Shown: positions 50,301 to 59,515 of the stretch, in pieces
Position numbering within the stretch: the stretch's first letter is position 1
Layout of the letters: each line of letters opens with the position of its first letter
DNA from: Octopus bimaculoides
Taxonomy: Eukaryota
Assembly: GCF_001194135.2 (NCBI RefSeq)
Contig: NC_068987.1
Coordinates: 47,817,420-47,881,419, forward strand
DNA: 64,000 nt
Direction of reading: 5' to 3'
The notes under the pieces: generated by a model
The model's input: only the letters and a program-made list of their open reading frames with translations
The model's database searches: none
What the model was told of the DNA's origin: nothing
Program-made: the position numbers and the translations under genes

Positions 50301-52306
50301 GATTCTGCCATCTTGCCACTTCAAATAATAATAATGGTTTCAAGTTTTGGCACAAGGCCAATAATTTTGGAAGAGGTGGCGGGGGGGGGGGAATCAATTA
50401 CACAAAACTCAGTATTCAACTGGTATTTGTTGCATTAACCCCAAAAGGATGAAAAGCAAAGTTATCCTTAATGGAATTTGAAGTGTAAAAAAACCAAAAG
50501 AAATTATGCTAACAATTTTTCTAGCTAATTATGTTTTTGTTGTTATTTTTTATTTTTTTTCACAAGGCCAGCAATTTTGAGGGGAAGGAGTGAGTTGATA
50601 CCATCAATCCTAGTATAAGGCAAGTACTTTATTGACTCTGCAGAGTTGAAAGGTGAAGCTGATCTTCAGGNNNNNNNNNNNNNNNNNNNNNNNNNNNNNN
50701 NNNNNNNNNNNNNNNNNNNNNNNNNNNNNNNNNNNNNNNGGGGGGGGGGGGAATCAATTACACAAAACTCAGTATTCAACTGGTATTTGTTGCATTAACC
50801 CCAAAAGGATGAAAAGCAAAGTTAACCTCAACAGAATTCAATATCAAAATGCAAAGAACCTAAACAAATGTTGCAAGACCTTCTGTCTGAAGCACTCTAA
50901 TGAGTCTGCCATCCACCATCCTGACAATAATTTAGGCACAAAGCCAGCAATTTCTGATAAGAGTTAGTTGATTGCAATGACCCCCCCCCCCAGTACTTGA
51001 CTGGCACTTTATTTTATCAATCGTGGAGGGATGAAAGACAAAGTAGACTGCGGCAGGATTTGAACTCAGAAGAGTCAGAACAAATACTGCAAAACATTTC
51101 TTTACAATACTCATGAGTCAGCAAATTCACTACCATAACAACAACCCCTTCTATTATAGGCACAAAGTCTGAAATTTTCGGGGAGTGGGCTAGTCGATTA
51201 CACTGACCCCAGTGCGCAACAGGTACTTATTTCATTGACCCCAAAAGGATGAAAGGTAAACTCGAATTTGAATTCAGAACATAAAGACACGAAATGCAGC
51301 TGAGCATTTTGCCCAGCATGCTAACAATTCAGCCAGCTCGCTGCCCCTAATAATGATAATAATGATTTCAAATTTTGGCACAAGGCCAGTAATTTCGGAG
51401 AACGAGGTCTAGTCGATTATATTGACCCCAATATTCAACTAGTATTTATTTTATCAACCCCAGCATAATTTGAACTCAGAACATAAGGTCGGAAGAAATG
51501 CCACTACACATTTTTTCTGATGTGGTAACGATTCTACCAGCCCGCCACCTTTAATAATCCTTTCAGCTACAGGCACAAGGCCTGGAAAATTAGGGGAGGG
51601 GGCTAATCGATTACGACCCTATAAAGGTTGATAAAATAAGTACCAAAGTCGACTTGGAAATTTGAACAAGACATAAACCCGGAAGAAATGCTGCATAACA
51701 TTTTGTCCAGCGTGCCAACGATTGTCACCTCGCTGCCTTTAATAATCGTTTCTACTATAGGCACAAAACCTGGAAAACTGGAGGAGGGGACCAGTCGATG
51801 ACATAAATGTCACAGTTTAAATGATGTATGGGAGGAAGATAAAACAGAATGTTCACGCCTGACACACCCAAAAGGTCTATTGAACCAGAGCTGACTTGGG
51901 GCTACACATTTTTTTTACACCTATTAGACTTTTTTTTTTTTTTTTGGTGACCGGGAGTTAAACTATATATTAAACACAAAAACTTTAAGAACACAGGAAG
52001 ACAATCAAGTTTATACATTTGCAATGATCGCCGGTGCCGTAAACAGTACTCAAAACCAAAGTTCGTCGTATCATCGTTTAACACACATACACACTACGAA
52101 GACAGACACACTCTAACATGTACACGTGTTTTGTTGTGTAATATTTACCACCCATGAAGACTGCTCTGTGAATTAACATCTACACCACTTTCCACGATTT
52201 CGGTCAGTTTTTCCATGTCCCCACAGGCAGCTGCTTCTCGAAAACTTCCTTCCAATACATGAGGAGCAACGTCTGTATTCTGTTGTGTCTGGTCGTCGTT
52301 TTCCAT
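30490..52306 (-). CDS. ANKRD40: Ankyrin repeat domain-containing protein 40 homologue; join(52306-52149, 46518-46370, 36743-36576, 34397-34224, 30794-30490)
   Basis: N-terminal ankyrin repeats (REAAACGDMEKLTEIVESGVDVNSQ..G.TALHWA), central PNYLAHPPFP motif, and C-terminal IEIELDRSSLTF..KIRKLPNTIIRKDKDVKRLVDFQELELIL, which I recognise as the ANKRD40 C-terminal domain. All introns are GT-AG with consistent phases (2,1,1,1). Predicted 259 aa with exon 3a only, 261 aa with 3b only, 317 aa with both. Confidence 0.92.
31092..32367 (+). mobile_element. Full-length decayed mariner in the last ANKRD40 intron
   Basis: TIRs TCAGGTCATTAACAATGAAATGTC and GACACTTCATTCTTAATGACCTGA. Remnants YEYEFHHGTNASQTAQNINEVF, WIPHELN, IVTCDEKW, KKLMVSVWWS, PILLQDNG, SPDLAPTDYHVF; many stops. 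Confidence 0.9.
33665..34082 (+). mobile_element. Near full-length CORE-type SINE with RTE-derived 3' tail
   Basis: tRNA-like head, CORE-like GGCACCTTGGGCAAGTGTCTTC, internal (TA/TG)n, then CAGGAAGGGCATC..CTGTAGAAA..TCCAACC..GCATGGAAAAGTGGA..ATGATAATGAT. Related copies at ~26310-26765, ~32380-32550 (minus) and 63020-63240. Confidence 0.78.
34224..34397 (-). CDS. ANKRD40: ANKRD40 exon 3b (tandem duplicate of exon 3a)
   Basis: 174 nt, phase 1-1. Acceptor TTACAG|TC after a (CTTT)n tract, donor G|GTTAGT. Encodes TDATAALDIKEQNIPIHSNYQAH...PSKGLFAFNLEN. Confidence 0.75.
36135..36350 (+). mobile_element. Single SINE unit (array family), antisense to ANKRD40, between exons 3a and 3b
   Basis: Complete head, core and tail ending GTGCCAAAATTTGAAACC. 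Confidence 0.8.
36576..36743 (-). CDS. ANKRD40: ANKRD40 exon 3a
   Basis: 168 nt, phase 1-1. Acceptor ATTCTAG|TC, donor G|GTTTGT. Encodes SDAAALDIKEPNLPIHPNYLAHPPFPH...PSKGLYSYNTEN. Confidence 0.85.
36884..40351 (-). mobile_element. Near full-length Tigger/pogo transposon with pseudogenised transposase (~39517 to ~37772), in ANKRD40 intron 2
   Basis: TA|CAGTAGTCCCC TIR at 36884 and a degenerate partner ending ~40351. CENP-B-type N-terminus (MPPKRP.., MESTLALWISDCKKENIPLSSNIIHEKALKLY, FQASKG), MNKTGLFWKKMP, VMDNAGGH, IQPMDQGVI. Frameshifts and stops. Confidence 0.9.
37025..37620. other. Unclassified ~0.6-kb insertion inside the (TA)n tract of the Tigger copy
   Basis: Absent from the homologous position of the 22251 copy; flanked by (TA)n on both sides. 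Confidence 0.6.
40571..41410. mobile_element. 840-bp fold-back Merlin-like MITE with 8-bp TSD and head-to-head telomere-like repeats
   Basis: CTATTTTC at 40563-40570 and 41411-41418. Ends GGATCATTTTGGTTTGACGGGCAACA and TGTTGCCCGTCGAACCAAAAAGATCC. Long inverted arms; centre has TTAGGG variants (~40915-40980) facing CCCTAA variants (~41005-41085). Confidence 0.85.
43530..44280 (-). mobile_element. 5'-truncated RTE LINE (ORF C-terminus plus full 3' UTR ending in (GAT)n)
   Basis: MRWYGHVARMDEDSCVKKCHTLAVEGICGRGRPRKTWDEVVRHDLQTLGL..KTRQAK*, then the UTR ending GGACGTTAAACGATGATGATG. Confidence 0.9.
44402..44622 (-). mobile_element. piggyBac-type MITE, copy 3
   Basis: TTAA at 44398-44401 and 44623-44626; ends GCCTTTAGCATTT and AATGCTAAAGGG. 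Inverted relative to copy 1. Confidence 0.8.
45230..46335 (+). repeat. Cluster of three short RTE/SINE 3' tails ending in (GAT)n, next to ANKRD40 exon 2
   Basis: Three GAAGGGCA..TAGAAAC..CCATCCAAC.CATGCCAGC..GGACATTAAATGATGAT motifs (~45230-45410, ~45850-46030, ~46140-46335), with a long (GAT)n at ~46280-46335. Confidence 0.75.
46370..46518 (-). CDS. ANKRD40: ANKRD40 coding exon 2 (ankyrin repeat)
   Basis: Acceptor TTTCAG|T, TALHWATIRNHTSVVAFLLTHGADKNIKNFDGNIPAELT, donor G|GTAAGT; 149 nt, phase 2-1. Confidence 0.93.
47610..48414. other. Assembly gap (N run)
   Basis: N characters. Confidence 1.
48415..49590 (-). mobile_element. Tx1/L1-like LINE fragment (RT C-terminal part and downstream region)
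   Basis: INVEKSVGLQLGTW..VKLLGIWL..WDEVTNRV..LSLKG*AEVVNAYITSVIYYRLTV..FLWKG..NGGLGMP, later SLVWQCSRGALPV, as in L1/Tx1-clade ORF2. Stops and frameshifts; GC-richer than its flanks. Confidence 0.75.
50671..50739. other. Assembly gap (N run)
   Basis: N characters. Confidence 1.
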
Positions 52307-52450
52307 GTTGTTCTGTCGCCGCAAGGACTGTGTATACGTGTTAGTCACTATTGTTAAGACTTATGTCGTCGTCTGTCTCCGTACAGAAAGAAACTAGAAT
52401 CGGGGTCAATAATAAAATTCATAAAAATGAAATAAATTCAAGCTCGCCTT
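51990..52450 (-). promoter_or_regulatory. CpG-retaining first-exon/promoter region of ANKRD40
   Basis: Visibly higher CpG density (gtcgtcgt, cgccggtgccg, cgcaag) than the CpG-depleted surroundings; ATG context ACAACATGG. TSS not determinable. Confidence 0.5.
52149..52306 (-). CDS. ANKRD40: ANKRD40 coding exon 1
   Basis: ATG at 52306, MENDDQTQQNTDVAPHVLEGSFREAAACGDMEKLTEIVESGVDVNSQSSLHG, donor TG|GTAAAT (phase 2). Confidence 0.92.
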
Positions 52451-52990
52451 GGTCATGTTCGATCCCAGAACATAAATGAATTTAGAAATTAGTCTAAGTA
52501 AGCTAGAAGTTAGTTTACATTAAAAGTCGTCTGTCACATCAGTGGAAGCTTATATCGTCACCTACCCAACCACCTGGCCATCACTCTGGAACCAACTAAT
52601 GCTCAAACTGAATCTTTTCCACTTAAATTATATCTTAAAGTCGTCTAACAGTCAAGTTAAATGGACAAAGATCCCAGAGGGGGGCTGCTACAACCAATGT
52701 TTGAATGACACAACTACTACAGCAGCAGCTGTCACAATGAATTACATATTGTAAACATTGTGATATTGTATTTCTATGACTGGAATGAAAATTATATAAT
52801 TTCTGTTTTGAAAAGCCAATGAGCATCTAGACTCGAGGGTTTTATTTACAATAGCAACCGTATATCCACAGATTAAAAAGAACATTAACAAAGTCAAATA
52901 AATGAAAGGAGATGAAGAGGTAGATGTGGAAACACACACAAGTTCTCTCTCTCTCTCTATCTATCTCTCTCTTTATATATATATATATAT

Positions 52991-53202
52991 NNNNNNNNNN
53001 NNNNNNNNNNNNNNNNNNNNNNNNNNNNNNNNNNNNNNNNNNNNNNNNNNNNNNNNNNNNNNNNNNNNNNNNNNNNNNNNNNNNNNNNNNNNNNNNNNNN
53101 NNNNNNNNNNNNNNNNNNNNNNNNNNNNNNNNNNNNNNNNNNNNNNNNNNNNNNNNNNNNNNNNNNNNNNNNNNNNNNNNNNNNNNNNNNNNNNNNNNNN
53201 NN
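52991..53202. other. Assembly gap (N run)
   Basis: N characters. Confidence 1.
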
Positions 53203-53786
53203 CCCCCACCGATGTTTGATCATATTTTCCTACCTTTCAACGTTCCATCGGAAAAGCTATCACGAATATTTTGAAAGCCCGCCTACACACACACACACAC
53301 ACATACACACAGCCATATATGTAGAAGTACCTCAAGGTAAGGCAAACAGACACCTAAAAAATGTTAAAGTCCCCGTGTAAAACGATTTCTCACGTTAACT
53401 CTACTTCATCGTGATTTACGTACCTCTTGCTGACTTGAAATGGTATTCAGTTTACCCATATTGTGGCAATAGTTAGTAATTATTGCTGATGGTGGTGTGG
53501 TAGTATTACTAGTTAGTAACTGTAGTAGTAGCAACATATGAAACCGCTTTCCGATTAACCACCTGGATGTGTTAGAGGGTAATATGAAATCGATTTCAGA
53601 TCACCTGGGATAACTTGAAAGAAGAGCTTTACTCAGCTCTTAAACCAATAATCAAAGACGTTCCAGGTGTAATCTATCCATCTTTGCGCCCGTGTATACA
53701 TACAAAGCAGTGCTCCAGCATGACCACCGTCTAATGACTGGAACCAAAAAAAGATAAAAGATAGAACTAGAAGTATTCCCCCTTTT

Positions 53787-54268
53787 GGTACTTTTTGGTT
53801 ATCTCACCCCCATTAAAAAATAGGGTTATCTCCCCACTAAAAAAAAACAATTAATGTGGCGACAAGAGATTGAATTAAAAGGGTTAGATCCTTTTGATTC
53901 AATACTTCAACACATTGTTTGACGTTTGGCCTCCTCGATAGACATGGTATGATTTGTTATAAAAATATTATCAGATTCAGTAAGATGTTTAATTTTTTCA
54001 ATTTTCATGTTTACTAATTTTTTCTGTTTTCATGTTTATTAATTTTTTCAGTTTTGTATGATTTGTTATAAAAATACTATCAGAGTCAAAACGATGTTTC
54101 ATCTTTTAACTTTTAATGTTTATCAATTTTTGCATTTTTAAAAAATTTTATTGAGGGTTAAACAGTCTTTTTTAGTTGAAGGAGATAACCAAAAGTACCG
54201 ATATTTCTCGTAAAACGGGGAAGATAACCTAATTTTTTAATGGGGGTGTGTGATAACCAAAAAGTACC
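53787..54268. mobile_element. Second Merlin-like MITE family (GGTAC...GTACC ends, imperfect 8-bp TSD)
   Basis: TIR GGTACTTTTTGGTTATCTCACCCCCATTAAAAAATAGGGTTATC vs GATAACCTAATTTTTTAATGGGGGTGTGTGATAACCAAAAAGTACC. Flanks CCCCTTTT and CCTCTTTT (7/8 match). Confidence 0.7.
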
Positions 54269-55099
54269 CCTCTTTTTTAAAAGGGTAAGAAGCAATCTGA
54301 GGGACTGCCGCTGCTAGTTATGACAGATCAAGCAACTGCTGAGAAGTTCCCTTCATAACTGTAAACACATGGTAGTGGTCACCTTCTGTCACCATTATTA
54401 GGTCACTGAGACAGAAATGACTCAATCTGCATATCATAAATTCATGTCTACATAGATTCCACAGCAGTGAGTCTCCTACTACTTCAAGGAATTAACTGTC
54501 GTCCAAAGAGCTAAGTGAAAACAGCTGGACATGCCAGTAGCACAAGTTCCAACTCCCACACAATAAAGCATTCAATCTAGGAGACAAGAGACAGATGGAG
54601 CCTATAGGTGAGCAGTTTTGCTAGAAGATTCAAGTGCTACATAGTCAAAAATGTTTTAATGACATCACAAACAACTTGCACCAAATTCCTCAAGGATGAG
54701 ACTCTATTAGTGAGTGATATAGGAAAGTAGGTTTTCAATTGATAAGTCTGTGCAAAAACCATACTGGTGGTCATTAAGGAGGAAAAGAAAAAAATTCCTA
54801 CAGAAAAAGAGAGATTGAAAAGTTTTGGTGAGGGTAGGGTCTAGATCTAGGGTGCAGTGGTTGAAGGTATTAGAAAACATGTCATTAGGGGCAAAGTTAC
54901 TTTTGCCTTCAGTTCATGTGTGTATGTATTGACTGTGAACCTGGTAGAGTGAAATGTGATAGTTTTCAAGATTTATCACATCTGTGCAGTGTAGGCTTGG
55001 ACCCAAAGTGGACACTAAAGGTGAAGTCAATCTAACTAAAACTAAAAACTTCGGCACTATACCATTTCTGTCAATATCGTGTCTTCAAAATAATAATAA

Positions 55100-55850
55100 C
55101 AGTAATCCTTTCTACTATAGGCACAAGACCCAGAATTAGTGGGAAGGGGTATAATTGATTACATCGAACCCAGTACTTGACTGCTACTTATTTTTTTGAC
55201 CTTGGCAGAATTTAAACACAGAAAGTGAAGACGGATGAAATGCCACTAAGCATTTGGCCTGGCATGCTAACAATTCTGCCAGCTCACTGCCCTTCATCAT
55301 AATAATAATAAGAGCTGTTTCCAACTTTGGCACAAAGTCAGCAATTTTAGGGGGAGGTGCGAGTCAATTACATCAACCTCAGTATTTGACAGGTACTTTA
55401 TTTTATCAACCCAGGAAGGATGAAAGGCAAAGCTGACTCAGAATGTGAAGTAAAGAAAGCCAGAAGTAATGCCACTCAGTATTATGTCTGATGAGCTAAT
55501 AATACTACCAGCTTACTACCTAAACTTAAGTATTTCAATTTTTTGCACAGGGCCAGTAATTCTGAGAGGAAGGGTGAGTCAACTACATTGATTCCAGTAT
55601 TTATCTTATTGACCACAAAAAGATAATAATAATGATTTCAAATTTAGGCCCAAGGCCAGCAATTTTGGGGGAGGAGTTAAGTCAATTACATCGGCCCCAG
55701 TGCTTAACTGGTACTCATTTTATTGACCCCCCCCCCCAAAAAAAAGGTGAACAGCAAAGTCAAGCACTGTGGAATTTGAACTAAGAATAAATTAAGTGCC
55801 TCTTAGCATTTTTAACCCGGCATGCTAATGATAATGATGGTTATTTATTA
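55100..55850 (-). mobile_element. Array of ~4 SINE units
   Basis: Same reverse-complement unit with (AAT)n spacers. Confidence 0.8.
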
Positions 55851-56750
55851 TCATTACTAGCTGGCCCCATGCCGTCAAAAATGAAGGCTAATTGTAGCAC
55901 TTTATATATAAATATGGATGGTAAATCAAATTAATACACTTGTCAATGTTATCTAGTGGTTGTCTTTTGAGATGTGACATCGATCATCATTTGTTACTGA
56001 AAGAACGCTAGTTCACACATACAAACATTTACATACTTTCCTTGTACATGCACACACATACACTCACACAGAGTTGAAACAATGATTTTTCTTTTCAATG
56101 TTGAATGTTCACCATCCCACTTCCATTGCACACACACACACACACACACCTCCCTTTTATATACACACACATATACTCACACAAAGTTGAAATGCTGTTT
56201 GATTTTTTTTCCAACCCTTCCTTCCTTGTTCATCTATTACCCCTTCCTTTCTCACTCATTTGTTGTGACAGAGAAAAATACTAGAGTATTATTACAGTAG
56301 ATTGTGACAGTCTTTATCAGTTCTGTATTAGTGAAAAGCATAGTAGCTTGAGTGAGGAGAGAATGGTAGGAATTTTGGGAAGTTGCTGCATCTGTTGGCA
56401 ACAAAGATATTTCTCCCTCCATGTAGAAGGTATGAAAAAGGTGTGGAAAAAAAGGTCATGAATAAAAAGTATTGAACTTAAAACATCTGTCAGTGCTGGA
56501 GAGAAATGTGGTGGGCATGAGCCATTGAATATGTCATGTCATGATCTGTCTACACTTATTAGTGGTGTGTGTGTATGTGTGCATCCTGGCAATGTTTGTC
56601 TGGACGGCATGGAAGGGATAGTGCTAAATACATGTCTGGATATTTGGGTAAAATCATCACTATCCTAGTGCAGTGGTTCCCAACCTGGGGTCCACAAAGG
56701 TAGTTTTGGGTGTGTGCAAACTAAATTCAAAATTTCACACACACACACAC

Positions 56751-56790
<40 letters not shown>

Positions 56791-57077
56791 CAGTTTTCAG
56801 AATGTTTGATTTGGTGAAAACTTCATAATACAACATATGTTGTTTCATAGCTAATTATGGTATTTCGGGGAAGAGCTTGAGGATGCAGACAGTGTTACGG
56901 TAACAGATCAAACCAGCTGGACCAAAGAGACATTTATAATTCTGTTAAATCACACCAAAAAAAAAAAAGCTTTAGGTACAAAAATTCATCTAATGGAATT
57001 TTTTTTTTTTTTAATGGACGGATCTATTTCATCGACAAACAGTCAGTCTCTTGCTATGTACTATGTCACAAACACAA

Positions 57078-57144
<67 letters not shown>

Positions 57145-57899
57145 ATGGCTTAAAAGCAAACAACACTTACAGACAGAATGAAGTAAAAGCAAACAGCATT
57201 TACAGACACAAAAGCACAAACATAAACAATAAGCTACACACACACACACAGAGAAAAAAAAACACATGAGAAAGTACACATACAATAACATATACATATA
57301 CAACAGCATCTTCACACAATTGTTTATATAGAAGACACTTTATATGGAAAACAGAGGATAAGTGGAAGAAAGTAAGATGATAAGAAGACAAAATAAAATT
57401 CACATACATAATGTGGAAAACAATGGGAAGAAGAGAAGGGATTATCGTACAGAGACAGGTAGAAATGTTCTAAAATTTTCATATGAGTATGGAAAAATAA
57501 TGAAATGAAAATAGCAAAGTGATAGAATCTTGCCTGTTTTTGCAATATGAAGTGAAGATAATAACATCATCAACAGCAGCAGCTACTGGTGGAGGTGGTA
57601 ACAGTAGAAGCAGTAGTGACAACAGTTATCTCATTGTAACAGCTGTATGTGTATCTGTGTGTGTATTGATATACAAAATGATGCATGTATAGAATCTAAC
57701 AAAATCTGATGTAGACTGTAGACACATGCATATACGGAAAAATATCTGTATATACACATATATTTTGAAAAAACATACAAACACATACAAACGTGTATAT
57801 ACATAGAAAAACACACATGCATGGTCATGCACACACATATACACAAATGGAAGACAGAGAGAAAAAATCGACAACAGTCCACATGTGATTTTACATTTT

Positions 57900-58570
57900 G
57901 GAATATATACAAATAGATATATATAAGTATATATATATAAATATATATGTATAAATAATACATATAATATATATATATGAATAATATATATAATATATAT
58001 ATATAAATAATATATAAAATATATATATATATATATAATATATATAATACATATATATATAAATAATATATATATATATGAATAATATATATAATATATA
58101 TATATATATATAAATAATATATATAATACATATATATATAAATAATATATATAATATATATATATAAATAATATATATCATATATATAAATAATATAGAT
58201 AATATATATATATAAATAATATATATAATATATATAAATATAAATATATATAAATATAAATGATATCATCATCATCATCATCATCATCGTTTAACGTCCG
58301 CTTTCCATGCTAGCATGGGTTGGACGATTTGACTGAGGACTGGTGAAACCGGACGGCAACACCAGGCTCCAGTCTAATTTGGCAGAGTTTCTACAGCTGG
58401 ATGCCCTTCCTAACGCCAACCACTCAGAGAGTGTAGTGGGTGCTTTTACGTGTCACCCGATATAAATATAAATAATATATATAAATATAAATGATATATA
58501 TTATATATATACATAATATATATAAATATAAATAATATATATATAATATGTATATAAATAATATATATAT
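57900..58570. repeat. Almost pure A/T minisatellite-like tract interrupted by a ~190-bp RTE tail (58267-58459)
   Basis: Quasi-periodic ATATATATAAATAATATATATAAT units; source of the YI-rich spurious ORFs. Confidence 0.85.
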
Positions 58571-59515
58571 CATCATCATCATCATCGTTTAACGTCCGCT
58601 TTCCATACTAGCATGAGTTGGACGATTTGACTGAGGACTGGTGAACCAGATGGCTACACCAGGCTCCAATCTGATTTGGCAGAGTTTCTACAGCTGGATG
58701 CCCTTCCTAACACTAACCACTCAGAGAGTGTAGTGGGTGATTTTACGTGCCACCGGCATGAAGGCCAGTCAGGTGGTACTGGCAACGGCCACACTCAAAA
58801 TGGTGTATTATACGTGCCACCTGCACAAGAGCCAGTCCAGCGGCACTGGCACGATCTCGCTCGAATGTCTTTACACGTGCCACTGGCACAAGTGCCAGGA
58901 AGGCTACACTGGGCACAGGTGCCATCACGATTTCGCTTTCGCTTGCCCCAACAGGTCTTCACAAGCCAAGTTTCATGTCCAATGAAGGAGACAACGTTGG
59001 CATAGGTGCCAGTCGTTGAATTTAGTTTGATTTCGATTCCGATTTCACTTGCCTCAACAGGTCATCGCAAGTGGGGTTTTGTGTCCAATGAAGGAAGGTA
59101 CGCATAAGTGGGCTGGCTAGACCCCTGGTGGAGGCCTTAGATTTAGGTCTCACTTGGCTTGCCGAGTCTTCTCACGCACAGCATATTTCCAAAGGTCTCG
59201 GTCAGAAGTCATCGCCACAGTGAGGCCCAAAGTTTGAAGGTCGTGCCTCACCACCTCATCCCAGGTCTTCCTGTGCCTACATCTTCCACAGGTTCCCTCA
59301 ACTGCTAGGGAGAGGCACTTTTTCACACAGCTATTGTCATCCATTCTCGCCACATGACCATAGCAGTGCAATTGTCTTTCTTGCACACCACAAATGATGC
59401 TTCTTAGGTTCAACTTTTCTCTCAAGGTACTTACGCTCTGTCTAGTATGCACACTGACATTACACATCCATCGGAGAATACTGGCTTCATTCCTTACGAG
59501 CCTACGCATGTCTTC
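58571..59515 (-). mobile_element. 5'-truncated RTE LINE
   Basis: VEDMRRLVRNEASILRWMCNVSVHTRQSVSTLREKLNLRSI..KTRQAK*, plus the full 3' UTR ending in (GAT)n. Confidence 0.9.

Larger units (their letters stand above)
46850..51800 (-). mobile_element. Head-to-tail array of ~12 SINE units in ANKRD40 intron 1, sense to the gene
   Basis: Reverse complement of the 9720-13540 unit repeated with (AAT)n spacers; interrupted by gaps and a Tx1-like fragment. Confidence 0.85.

Noticed and set aside
11868-53274. Long ORFs in the track at 11868-12677, 19905-21225, 47539-48624 and 52902-53274
   Set aside because: They are open only because they cross N gaps.
53203-53345. Divergent gene first exon (CpG-rich, AAG|GTAAGG donor-like)
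   Set aside because: No ORF or downstream exon supports it, and the adjacent gap hides the context.
55855-55885. Possible minus-strand Helitron 3' end (..GGGGCCAGCTAGT)
   Set aside because: No convincing hairpin or linked Helitron body.
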